A stretch of 64,000 bases of DNA. It comes from Octopus vulgaris (lineage: Eukaryota). The stretch spans positions 32,116,001-32,180,000 of the forward strand of contig OX597826.1 of assembly GCA_951406725.2 (NCBI GenBank). The letters run 5' to 3'. Each line of letters starts with the position of its first letter. Position 1 is the stretch's first letter. Below the pieces are notes generated by a model that was given only the letters and a program-made list of their open reading frames with translations, searched no databases and had not been told where the DNA came from. The position numbers and the translations under genes are program-made. Shown piece by piece: positions 14,282 to 25,703 of this stretch.

Positions 14282-14290
14282 ACTTACTTG
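14282..14290 (-). other. 5' splice donor ending the protocadherin ectodomain exon (phase 0)
   Basis: Minus strand reads CAA|GTAAGT; 16963-14288 is 2676 nt, exactly 892 codons. Confidence 0.85.
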
Positions 14291-16963
14291 GAGAGATGGT
14301 AGGTCTGGAGCAAAGAATGCCCCAGGATTCTTGACTGTTGTATTACTGGCCAGTGAATTTGCAGAACCTTTACTCGTTGGATCTGCTCCATCAAGGGAAA
14401 AGCTGACCTCCTTTTTGTGTTTTTGACGGTCCGAATCTGGAGAACTATCAGACTTGCGTCGAGCATCTTCATGCATCTTTGCAGGATAGCGGCGCCGATT
14501 TTGGTCTACTTTTTTAATTATACATATTGTAATGACTATGCATGTGGCTAGGACAACTGTCACAGCAGCAAGGACAATGACTATTGTCAAATTTCTTTCG
14601 CCATCGGGAGTACTATTTCCATAAGGAAGCTCTGTACTGTTGCTCAAAATCATCATTACTATTAGAATAGCAGATGTACTTTTTGGAGGCTTCCCATGGT
14701 CTTTAACAACTATTGGTAATTTATAGGACTTGCTGAATATTCTTATATCACTGTCTTTAATAAGCATTATTTCCCCAGAAGTATGGTTAATTCTGAAAAG
14801 ACCAGCTGTTTCAGGGGTACTTTTGAGGAAATAGGATAACATTGCATTTTCCCCCTCATCATCATCTAGAGCTACCACTCGTGAAATAGGTCGGTCAACT
14901 GGAGTCATATCGTAAATCACTGAAATGGTATTGTTGGTATCGGATGGGTAAATAATATATGGGTAGTTATCATTGACATCATCAACAATTACAGTGACAC
15001 TTGCTGAGGAACTCAATGGTTTTTTGCCATGGTCAGCGGCAACAACAAGAAAGTCATATCTCTGATCTTTCATGCGGCTCAATCTGGCTTTAGTCTTTAA
15101 AACACCATCAGTGACCATAAAAAGTTGAGGAGCTTCATAGTTCTTTGAAATCCAATACCTAATCCGACCATTTTCTCCATGATCTAAATCTTGAGCATCA
15201 ACTCTCCCAATATACGTAAATGGTTCTTGATCTTCCTTCACGTGAAATTTGTAATACCCACTTTTGAACTGTGGTGCTTCATCATTAATATCTAGAATAT
15301 TTAAATGAACAGTGGCAGTTCCTGTAAGAGGAGGACTACCAGAATCTATTGCTAAAACTCTGAATTTAATCTCAGCATTTTGCTCTCTATCAAATTGTTT
15401 ATTCGCAGTTATAACACCAGTCCGATGGTCAATGTTAAACCAAGAGTGAGCATCGTGATGAAGTTCGTAATGTATCTCTGAATTGATTCCAGTATCGTTA
15501 TCCTTGGCAGTGACTTTCGTTACATAATCATGAAAATTATTATTCTCTGTAATTGGGGTTTTGATCAAAGTTTGTTCAAATACTGGTGGATTGTCATTTT
15601 TATCTGCGACAATGACTAAAAAACTCTTCTCGCTGTGAAGCTGTGGGGTACCATGGTCATGACATCGGATGCTCACATTGTGAACGGAGGTCTTTTCAAA
15701 GTCTAGAGGTTTTGCAACAACAACTTTATAGGTTTTAATAGAAAATATCTGTAGACTGAAATGGTGATCATTGACAGAACAACTGACATTTCCATTTTGG
15801 TCTTGATCTCGATCGTTAATTGATACGTGGGCAATAAACTTACCCTTGGATGCAGACTCAGACACATTAGCCGCATAACCAAGTGACAGGAGATTGATTA
15901 TTATTTCAGGTTTATTATCATTCACATCAACTACGTAGACATTGACTGAAGCAGTTGATGACTGGACGATAGCACCGTGATCGTAAGCTATGACATTGAA
16001 GGAATATCTAGGTCTATCTTCATAATCAACTCTGCTAATTAAATGAATTTCTCCTGTTGTTTGATTAACATCAAAAATTTCTTTAATTTTCGAAGATGTT
16101 CTGTGATGAAGTTTATATCCTACTTGGCCATTTGGACCTGAATCTAAGTCCTCAGCGTGTAATGTAAGAATTGTCGATAATATGGAGCGATTTTCATGTA
16201 TATAAACAGTATAAGATTTTTTATCAAACTTAGGGGCATTATCATTAGCATCAAGTACAGTTATATTTACAACTACATTACCACTTCTTTGAGGAGTGCC
16301 ATTATCTTTGGCTACAATAACTAATTGGTAAAAGTCCTGTTCTTCATGGTCTAATTTCTGTTTCAACTGCAAGCCATCTAAAAAGCCATTCTCTTGAAGT
16401 AATGTAAACTTATCTCGATCGTTTAAAAGTATATAGTATTTGATGGAATTGTCGATTCCTGTATCTAAGTCATAGGCATCCTCAATTGGGAATTTCGTAT
16501 TAGCAGGAGTTGATTCACTGATTTCAAGAGCAATTTCATCTTTGTCAAATAATGGGGCATTATCATTTATGTCATCGATATTTATTTTTATATTCATCAT
16601 ATCAAGAAAACGTGGATCGGATGAAGACTGTACGGCGACACTCACAGTTACAATACAGGTGTGACCCCCCATATCATTATCACAGATATGTTCTCGATCA
16701 ATCGGTACAGCAGTAGTTATAATACCTGAGTTTGTCCCAATATGGAAAAGATTTGTGTATTGGTTCCCTTGCGTTAGAAATTTGAACAAGTAGTCACCAT
16801 GCGTGGGGCGAGTAAAAGCTTTGGCAACATTTCCAACATATGTGCCTTCGGCGGTTTCTTCTAAAACATGAAAATTTAACTCACGTAATGCTGAAGCAAA
16901 CAACTGTAGACCCCAGAAAATGAGGGAAAAGGAGATGAACTTAACAGACATATTATTGCACAT
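14288..16963 (-). CDS. Protocadherin, large first coding exon (892 codons): signal peptide, 7 extracellular cadherin repeats, TM helix, proximal cytoplasmic domain; CDS probably continues in downstream exon(s)
   Basis: 927-aa ORF with hydrophobic N-terminus. Repeated cadherin motifs (DINDNAP, DANDNAP, DVNDNKP, DKNDNPP, DINDEAP, DVNDNYP; IDRE/LDHE/VDYE/LDFE/FDRE; A-x-D-x-G-x-P). EC1 Cys pair (REHIC...HTC) typical of protocadherins. TM LTIVIVLAAVTVVLATCIVITICII followed by basic KK...RRR. After ...LPSLQ the ORF crosses CAA|GTAAGT and decays into simple sequence. Confidence 0.96.
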
Positions 16964-17135
16964 ATAGATAAAAATGATATTGATGATATTTTGTTGTATT
17001 ATCGCAAAGAAAAGATTTCACTTTGCGCACGATGACAAAGAAAAATAGAAGAGCCAGTGGTATTGTTCAAACTTCCTTGATCCATGAGCCAAAGAGTTCA
17101 TCAAACTCTGAAAAGAAATAGAAAAAAAAATAATA
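16964..17135 (-). other. 3' splice acceptor (exon starts at 17107) and 144 nt of 5' UTR of the protocadherin exon
   Basis: Minus strand has a T-rich tract ending ...CTATTTCTTTTCAG|AGTTTG, implying at least one upstream non-coding exon. Confidence 0.75.
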
Positions 17136-17981
17136 AGTTGAGTAAAGCAAAAGTAAATAGTTACAATAAGTTTCAAATAAAATAAGTTTATCAAGTTTTA
17201 TCAAATAATGATCAATAAATGATAAAAAAATTTCATGATTTCTAACATTTGGTTTGAGACTAAAAATGTGTTTATTGTTGAGAAGAGAGTAGAATACTAC
17301 TGAACAACCTCCTACTGAAATATCATCCAATGAGGACTGATTAAATTAAGTATTACCTCCTTGTGTGGTTATCAGAGCTGGTAATCTCACATTCCACAAG
17401 ATGAAAGGGATTTTGTAATTCTAGAAGGCTAGAGAGCTCATTTGTAAAATCGTAAAATATCCTAGATACTTCCTTAGGATTTAGTAACTATTTCACTGTA
17501 TTTGGGGCTAAATACAATTTTCTTCTAGACAGATAGATTAATTTTACTCTTCTCTGATTATTCTGTTATGATCGACAACAGCAAAACAAGTGGGTGGGAT
17601 ATTTGTCCAGGAACTGCTGGACTGTTAGCTTTTGGACAAAATATGTAATTTGATATTGAATCCCTTTCGATGCCAAGTTTCTTTTGAAATACACTGTTTT
17701 TGGTTCAATTAATTTTGAAAATGATAAAGAATTTAGAAACCAACTTTGTAGTTATTAAGTTGGTGTTTGGAACATTATTTAACATAGAATTTTTATGGCA
17801 GATTTTTAATTTCAATCACTTTGAAAACAGAAAGTTTGTATCATAGAAGTAGGAACAGCATCAGTTATTTGCGATGGATGAGTGTCCTATTTTGAGAGAG
17901 ATCTATTTCATAGCAGAGATTAGAATTAAGCACCAACTCAATAGATTGTTTCTCGTTCATAAAAGTAAAAGCTAACATTTA

Positions 17982-18302
17982 CCGTATTTGATGGCCTATA
18001 AGACACACGGGTGTATAGGACACACCCTAGCCTAGGCTATACTTTTGTAAAATAAATTACCACTAATTCCTCCACTTACCTGTATAACTTTATGTTATTA
18101 CAAGCAATTTATTGCATCCATATTCAATATAAACATACTACACGTGATTTTTCACCAATAGATGGCAGTACACGTTTTGTAAACATACATAGCATTTTGA
18201 GTGAGTTTTGAGCCTACATTGAGTGTATTGGACGCAGGAGGATTTTAAAGCCATTTTGGGGTAAAAAAAAAAAAGGTGCAACTTATAGACCATCAAATAC
18301 AG
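17982..18302. mobile_element. Tc1/mariner-superfamily (Tc2/pogo-like) MITE, 321 bp
   Basis: TIRs CCGTATTTGATGGCCTATAAG and CTTATAGACCATCAAATACAG (19/21 match); TA on both flanks; subterminal TATA(A/G)GACACAC repeats. Confidence 0.88.
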
Positions 18303-18518
18303 TAATTAATAGCATTGGTGGGGAAAACACCACATGACACTACAAGAAAGAAAGAAATCCGGTCTGCACATTCAAATCTTTCAGAACATGTTAAGACTGT
18401 TGAATAAACACAATATCTTTATTTTCAAATTATGGAAATGGAGCTTGAAGCAGCTCTCTGACCTGTTGGAACCCATCAAGTTGTCCAACTCTTGCCAGTA
18501 TGGGAAACACATTAAATG

Positions 18519-18824
18519 GTGATGAGGATGATGATGATGACAGCAACGATGATGATGACAATGAAGATGATAATTGTGAAGACGATGATGATGATGGCAA
18601 TGATGATGATGATGATTATAATAATGAGGATTATGATGATGATGATGATGATAAGTGTGAAAACGACGATGATGATGGCAATGATGATGATGATGATTAT
18701 GATAATGATGATGATTATAATGGTGAGGTTGATGATGATAATGATGACATCGACGATGATGATGCCAGGGATAATGATGATGAAAATGAAGATGATAATT
18801 GGGAAGACGACGACGACGACGATA

Positions 18825-18860
<36 letters not shown>

Positions 18861-18897
18861 TTGATGATAATGATGATGATGATGGTGATGATGATGA
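18519..18897. repeat. Imperfect (GAT)n array grown from an RTE-type tail
   Basis: Follows CCAGTATGGGAAACACATTAAATG, a variant of the tail motif seen at other RTE 3' ends in the window; internal 81-bp duplication. Confidence 0.9.
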
Positions 18898-20235
18898 AAT
18901 AATTCTTCCTTTTCAATTTGATATGCTACAAATAAACTTTTCCATTACTTGTCTCTTTTTATTATTATTTTTTTTTTGGATATTTCTTTTTTTCTAAATC
19001 AGAAACAGATTAAGCTAAAAATCATTTGTGAGACGAAATACATTAAAAAATACTTCAGAAACAATCTGTATTATTATCATTATTATTATTATTTTTTTGT
19101 CAATTATTTCTAAATTAAATATATTTTGAAACTAAATATAAAGACATTCTCCCATTTTGATGTTTAAAGTTGAAATAATATTACAATGGAACATGACAAA
19201 ATTTAATACACAAGAAAAATAAAAATAAATGGTGAAATATTTATATAAAGTTTCTGGAGAAAATTTTACTCATGATATTTCATAGAATTTAAGCGAAATT
19301 AATCAGAGCAAACAGGTTTCTTTGCCATCTTCCCCCATGCCCTTCCACCCCATGCTTTATTGAAATATAATACCTTGTTAACAGCTATAGAGAAATATTC
19401 TGCAAAAAGAAGAAAGTCATGATAAATCTACTTTATACTGAATTAAGTTTGAAAGTTTCCTGTTGGACAGTTTTATCAGATGCCTATTGTTTTCTGTTAT
19501 TGTTAACACAGGAAATAAAATGAAGAGTGAAAAGAATTTTAATAGAGGACATTATAGTGTTGAGAATATAATAGCTAAGACTTGAAAAATAATGAGATGC
19601 ACAGATTTCTAGGAAGAAAAAAAAATCTCCAGCGTGAAAACAAAGAAAAAGAAAAACAAAACTAAAACCAAAAAAAAACATTAAAAAATTATAAAAGAGT
19701 GGTTTGGATGCTTTTGATGAAATATAAATGCCTGTCATTTTGGTGTAAAACCTCTAAAGACGTATTTGTGCCTGTTCCATTTATGTATGAAATATTTTAA
19801 ACATTAAATGATTAAATCATTATGTTATATAAATAAATCAATGAATTAATAAGCAAATTAATAAATAAATCTAATATATATTAATTAACAAGTTTCAAAA
19901 TTTGGTTAAGACGGGGATCAATAAAGCCAGGAGGTAGGGAGGAAAAAAGACTTTGATGCCAGCAATAAAACATTTAAGGAATATAGAAAATAGTAATGAT
20001 GATGATAATAATAATAATCCTTTCCTTTCTACTATGGGTACAAGGCCTGAAATTTTTGGGGAAGGGACCAGTCAATTAGATCGATCCCAGTATGCAATTG
20101 GTACTTAATTTATAGACCTTGAAAGAATGAAAGGCACAATAATTAATAAGCAAGTGCCAAAGCTTATAATAATAATAATAATAATAATAATAGCAATAAC
20201 AATAATAATGATAATAACAACAACAATAATAATAA

Positions 20236-20534
20236 CAAAAGGGGCTGATTGCTACTTAGCTCCTCAGATACCAGGAAACCATAAAATGGCAGAAATTCAA
20301 AAGATAGTGCTCATGGGAACTGCCCACATCCTACACTAAATACTGTCTATGTAATCTCAAATTTTAAAACAAACTCATAATTTCCTTGTTTTCTTAAACA
20401 TTCTCTAGAACAATAATTTGTGCAAAACCAAATATATAACACCCTAGGCAAAACACCAACATGAACTTCTAACTTGTTGTCTCTTGAGGTCTCTGGGTGA
20501 GTCAACTTGTTAATATAGAAAGCAAAAGTCAAAC

Positions 20535-20607
<73 letters not shown>

Positions 20608-20614
20608 TATAATA
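20236..20614 (+). mobile_element. 5'-truncated R4/Dong-like (RLE-type) non-LTR retrotransposon 3' end inserted in (TAA)n
   Basis: Encodes ...IPGNHKMAEIQKIVLMGTAHILH*ILSM, resembling the R4/Dong C-terminal (L/I)QK.VL.GTAHILR..L motif; then a 3' UTR and (TAA)n tail; TAA repeats on both sides. Confidence 0.75.
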
Positions 20615-21067
20615 ATGATATGTTGAATATCTCCCACAATAATTAATAAACAAGTGCCAAAGCTTATAATATGCAGAAAGAGACCCTGTAAAACCTCTGG
20701 CAGCAGGCTGCTGTCTACTCTCACAGAATCTACCAGAGCAAACAAGATTGAGCACTCTGAGAAGTAAAACAACAACAATAATAATAATAACAATAATGAT
20801 AATAACAATCGATAAATGTGTTTAATAAGTTTTTAATAATTAGTGAAGATCACTTAACGAAAATTACAACAATAGTTTCATCGATATTCTGTTTTTTCTT
20901 TAATTTAAGCAGAATTATATTACGTGATAAAATGTTATGTAGCTTGAGAAATACTTTTAATTGCTTCAGTAAGTATTGATTAAAGGCCATAAAGATATCA
21001 ATAACCTAAACAAGCAATAATAAAAAAAAAAATGATACTCTAGGCTAGAAGCTCCTTGATTTATATA

Positions 21068-21278
21068 TACCAGGGAGTGCTGAAAAGTTCCTGGCTTTGA
21101 GTAAAAGCAAATACAGGAGGAACAGTTAATTATTGATTTTATTCATCATATTCCCATCTCAGATTCACACACTAATTGCAGCAGACTTTCAGTTTTTCTA
21201 TGCCCTGCCAAAGAACTTGGAAGGTTTGGCCTCCTCTAACCAGCTCTTAAAACCAGAACTTTTCACCCCACCCTTGTA
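21068..21278 (-). mobile_element. Mariner-derived MITE (~210 bp)
   Basis: TA-flanked imperfect TIRs (CCAGGGAGTGCTGAAAAGTTCCTGGCTTT / AAAACCAGAACTTTTCACCCCACCCTTG); interior is the reverse complement of the 43267 copy. Confidence 0.8.
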
Positions 21279-21644
21279 TATGGATTTATTTATATTTCAT
21301 TTCAAGTGAGTCAGTTTTTTACTACTCTGAGTAGAGACTGACTAGATCGAAATAAAATATATCATTAATCTCTACAACAGTACTGACTACTCTTTTTCGA
21401 ACAGTTAACAGGAAAAAGAATACCATCATCATTGTTTAACATCTGCTTTCAATGCTTGCATGGGTTGGACGATTTTGACTGAGGGCTGGCGAACCAGATG
21501 GCTGCACCAGGCTCCAATCTTGATCTGGCAGAGTTTCTATAGCTGGATGCCCTTCCTAACACCAAATAAATACATATATAAATATGTATTTATTTTTATA
21601 TATATATGTATATATATGAGTGTTGTGGAGGTGCAATGGCTGGC

Positions 21645-22009
21645 CCAGTGGTTAGGGCGGCAGACTCATGGTCGTAGGATCGCAGTTTCAATTCCTAGAC
21701 TGGGTGTTGTGAGTGTTTACTGAGCAAAAACACTTAAAGATTCACAAAGCTCCAGCAGGGGATGGCGGTGAACCCTACTGTGCTCTTTCACCACAAGTTT
21801 CTCTCATTCTTTCTTCCTGTTTCTGTTGTACCTGTATTTCAAAAGGGCCAGCCTTGTCACACTCTGTGTCAAGCTGAAGCTCCCTGAGAACTACGTTCAG
21901 AGTACACGTGTTTGTGGAGTGCTCAGCCACTTGCACGTTAATTTCACAAGCTGGCTGTTCTGTTGATCGGATCAACTGGAACCCTCATTGCCATAACTGA
22001 TGGAGTGCC
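21645..22009 (+). mobile_element. tRNA-derived SINE sharing its 3' half with the 6785-7110 element but with a different central region
   Basis: tRNA-like head TGGCCCAGTGGTTAGGGC; 21830-22009 matches the reverse complement of ~6790-6970. Confidence 0.85.
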
Positions 22010-22364
22010 GTAGTATACGTGTGTGCAGGCATGGTTTTGCAACCATGGGATTTGGTGTTCAATCCTACAACACAAAACCTTGAGTAAGTGTCTTCTACTA
22101 TGATCCCTGGCTGACCAAAATCACGTGAGTGGACTTTGCAGATGGAAACTGAAAGAAGCCCATTGTATATTGTATACACACACACATGCAAGCAGTAGAG
22201 CTTGGTGCACTCCTCTAGCTTGCCAGTTCCTTTCAAATCATCTAGCCCATGCCACCATGGAAAGCATACATTAAATGATGACGATGATGATGCTGATAAT
22301 GATGATGTGAGTGCATGCATGCCTGTTCATGTGCACGCACGCATGTGTGTGTGTGTGCGTGTGA

Positions 22365-22399
<35 letters not shown>

Positions 22400-22727
22400 T
22401 GTGTGTGTGTGTGTGTATGGGTGCATATGTGGTTCACTGATTAGTAAACAATGGCTTCCTGTCTGTGACATTTAGCTTGCAGTCCCCCGTGAAAGGATCT
22501 CAAGGATCCTTCACCTGTTTTGACATGTTGTGCAATCTTTACAAAACAAAAGGTTCCTTAAATGGTGTCAGTTGTTCGTAGTTCCTTGTATCAAACACCC
22601 CCTGGGCTGGTGATTGATCAATAAACTGGTTGGGGGTTGGTGACAGGAAGAACATCCAGCTATTAAACAACTCTGCTTTAGCATACTCTCAACTGATTCC
22701 TCTAAACATGGAAAGGCGAATGTTAAG

Positions 22728-23084
22728 AGGATGATGATCATAAAGATGATGATGAGGATGATGACGATCATGATGACGGTGATGAGAATGATGATGGTGA
22801 TGGTGATGATGGCAACGACGTTGATGACAATGACGATGGTGATGACAATGATGATAACAGTGATGATGACGACTAATGATGATGATGACAATGACGATGA
22901 AGACGATGATGATGATGATGATGACAATGACAATGATGATGATGATGATGACAATGATGATGATGATGATGAAATTGGATACAGGATGAAAATGAGAATA
23001 ATGATGCTGATAGTGATGATGGCAACAAAGATGAAGATGAAGAAGATGAAGAGGAGGAGGAGAATGGTTGATGATGACTATGAT
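22728..23084. repeat. Imperfect (GAT)n array following an RTE-type tail
   Basis: Preceded by CATGGAAAGGCGAATGTTAA. Confidence 0.9.
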
Positions 23085-23294
23085 AAAGCATAATAAATAA
23101 ATAGGACGGCTCACAAGAAAGTGAATTTTAGGATAGAAGTGAATTTAATTCCTTTGATATTAGACATATGGTCGTTAATAGAAATATTTTTACTTTCTAT
23201 TTACAGTGCAGGATATAAACAAATTCAATATCAGTTATTTTAAAGTATGACGATTCCATTCCATTCCTTCCTTCATTCCTTCCTTTCTTCCTTC

Positions 23295-23325
<31 letters not shown>

Positions 23326-23680
23326 TGTGTTGTTGTTGTTGTTATTATTATATACAGAATTTCTATTTCAAGATTTTAATGAGCTTCAAGACATGTTTAA
23401 GAGTTGTAAAGAGCATTAACGTTGTTGGAAAAAATATAAGTTTCGAGATTATTATCCTCCCCTGATGTATACATATACAAATATACATGCATATACATAC
23501 ATACATACATACACACGCACACACACATATATATATACATACATATATATTCACACACACACACACATATAAATATATATATATATATATAAATACAACA
23601 TAACATATATATAAAATATATAATATATATATTTTTGATATATATATGCATATATATATCAGCATATATATGTGTATATA

Positions 23681-23759
<79 letters not shown>

Positions 23760-24545
23760 TGAAAGCAGATTTCCTTGAAAATTTATGGTTTTCATGATTT
23801 AAAACAAAAGTTCTTCATATTACATAAATTATTATTACATCAGCATTAGTTTCCTCATCAGGGAGACTGGAAAACCAGATTACCACCACCACCACAACCA
23901 CAACCACCACCACCACCACCACCAACACCACCACCACCACAACCACCACCACCACCACCACCACCAACACCAACAACAACAACAACAATAACACAATAGC
24001 TTTCGTAGCATAACTGGTGGAACTAACAGCTAAGTTACTTGCAGCACTTGATATATTAAATTTGGTTGAGGGATTAAGAAGTTTAGTTTGTTAACTGCTG
24101 GGTTTCAGGTGCATTGGGGGAAAGTGACCATATTATAGATATATGTATGTGTATATATGTTGTTGTTGTAAGAATTCTTAATCTTTTGAGAGAACATGAA
24201 ATAATTCCTTTTGGGAACAGTGGATCTCAAAGCACATAAAGCTATAAGTAAAAGCACATAAATTTGAGATAGAAAAAGTTGAAAGTTGTCGCATCCACGA
24301 ATCAGCAACCATAGGTTTTATCCATCCAAAATGGTTTTTCAACCCCATATTTACAATTATATACAGCTTCATGCCTTTTGACTTCAAATGACATCAAGGT
24401 CAACTTTGGCTTGTCATCCTTTTGGTGTCGATAAAATAAGTTCCAGTTGAGCACTGGTGTTGAAAGGATTATTCATAGCTTCATGTGCTTCAAGAACCAA
24501 TGTTCCAAAAAAGAAGTGCATTTACATACATACATTCATACATAC

Positions 24546-24601
<56 letters not shown>

Positions 24602-25025
24602 GTATTTATATCTATCTATTTATCTATATATATATTTTAAAAATTGCCATTAAAAAATGGGTTATCTCCCCGCTAAAAAAACTGGGTTTATGTGGCAACA
24701 AGAGATTGAATTAAAAGAGAGCCTTTTGATTCAATACTTCAACATATTGTTGACTCTTGGCCTCCTCAATATTCAAGGTATGATTTGTTATAAAAATGTT
24801 ATTAGATTCAATAAGATGCTTAATTTTTCAGTTTCCATGGTTATTAATTTTCTTAGTTTTTTTTCTTCTTTTATTGAGGGTTAAACAAAAATTTTTTTGT
24901 TGAAGAAGATAACCAAAAGTACCTATATTTCTTGTAAAACGGGGGTAGATGACCTAATTTTTAATGGGGGTGGGTGGGTGAGATAACCAAAAAATACCAT
25001 ATATATATGTATATATATTTATATA

Positions 25026-25095
<70 letters not shown>

Positions 25096-25668
25096 CATAT
25101 ATATACACAATGAAAAGAAGATAACAAAGAATTAAAGATGTGTTAAAGAATTTTCTTTGTCCACTTCTTTCCATTGGATTATTTACTCTTTGCCAAACTC
25201 TATGATGATATAATCATTGTGAAGCATGGATTTTCTACACTAGAAGTGTTCAGGCTTCGGGCTGGATCCCGACAGTGTTGATAGCCCAGTATTTAGGTTC
25301 AATACTTTTCTAGAAATAACCCCCAATTTCACACCCAAATTGACCTTGGCCATTTGCCCTATACCAAATATATATATAAATGGATGTAAAAATAAATGGA
25401 GTGAAGTACCATATACTATGTTACAATGTTGATGATGGTGATGATGATGATGATGATGATGAGGATGATGATGATGATGGTGATGATGATGATGATTACA
25501 ATTACAATTATTACCAACAGAAACAGAAAATTCTATCAACCCAATTAAAAATAGTTTCATGTTCCTCAAATTAATTACCAATATTGACTGATTTTCTTGT
25601 GCATATATGTATGTGTGAATGCATAGGTATATGTATATGTGGTATGTGCATAGAGTGTGTATCTGTGT

Positions 25669-25703
<35 letters not shown>

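Noticed and set aside
14180-14287. Last 35 codons of the 927-aa ORF as a constitutive C-terminus
   Set aside because: They follow a consensus GTAAGT donor and run through simple CA/TA-like sequence; probably intron.
18500-18997. 165-aa poly-Asp ORF resembling an acidic biomineralisation protein
   Set aside because: It is a (GAT)n expansion starting in an RTE tail, open in several frames, with no signal peptide.
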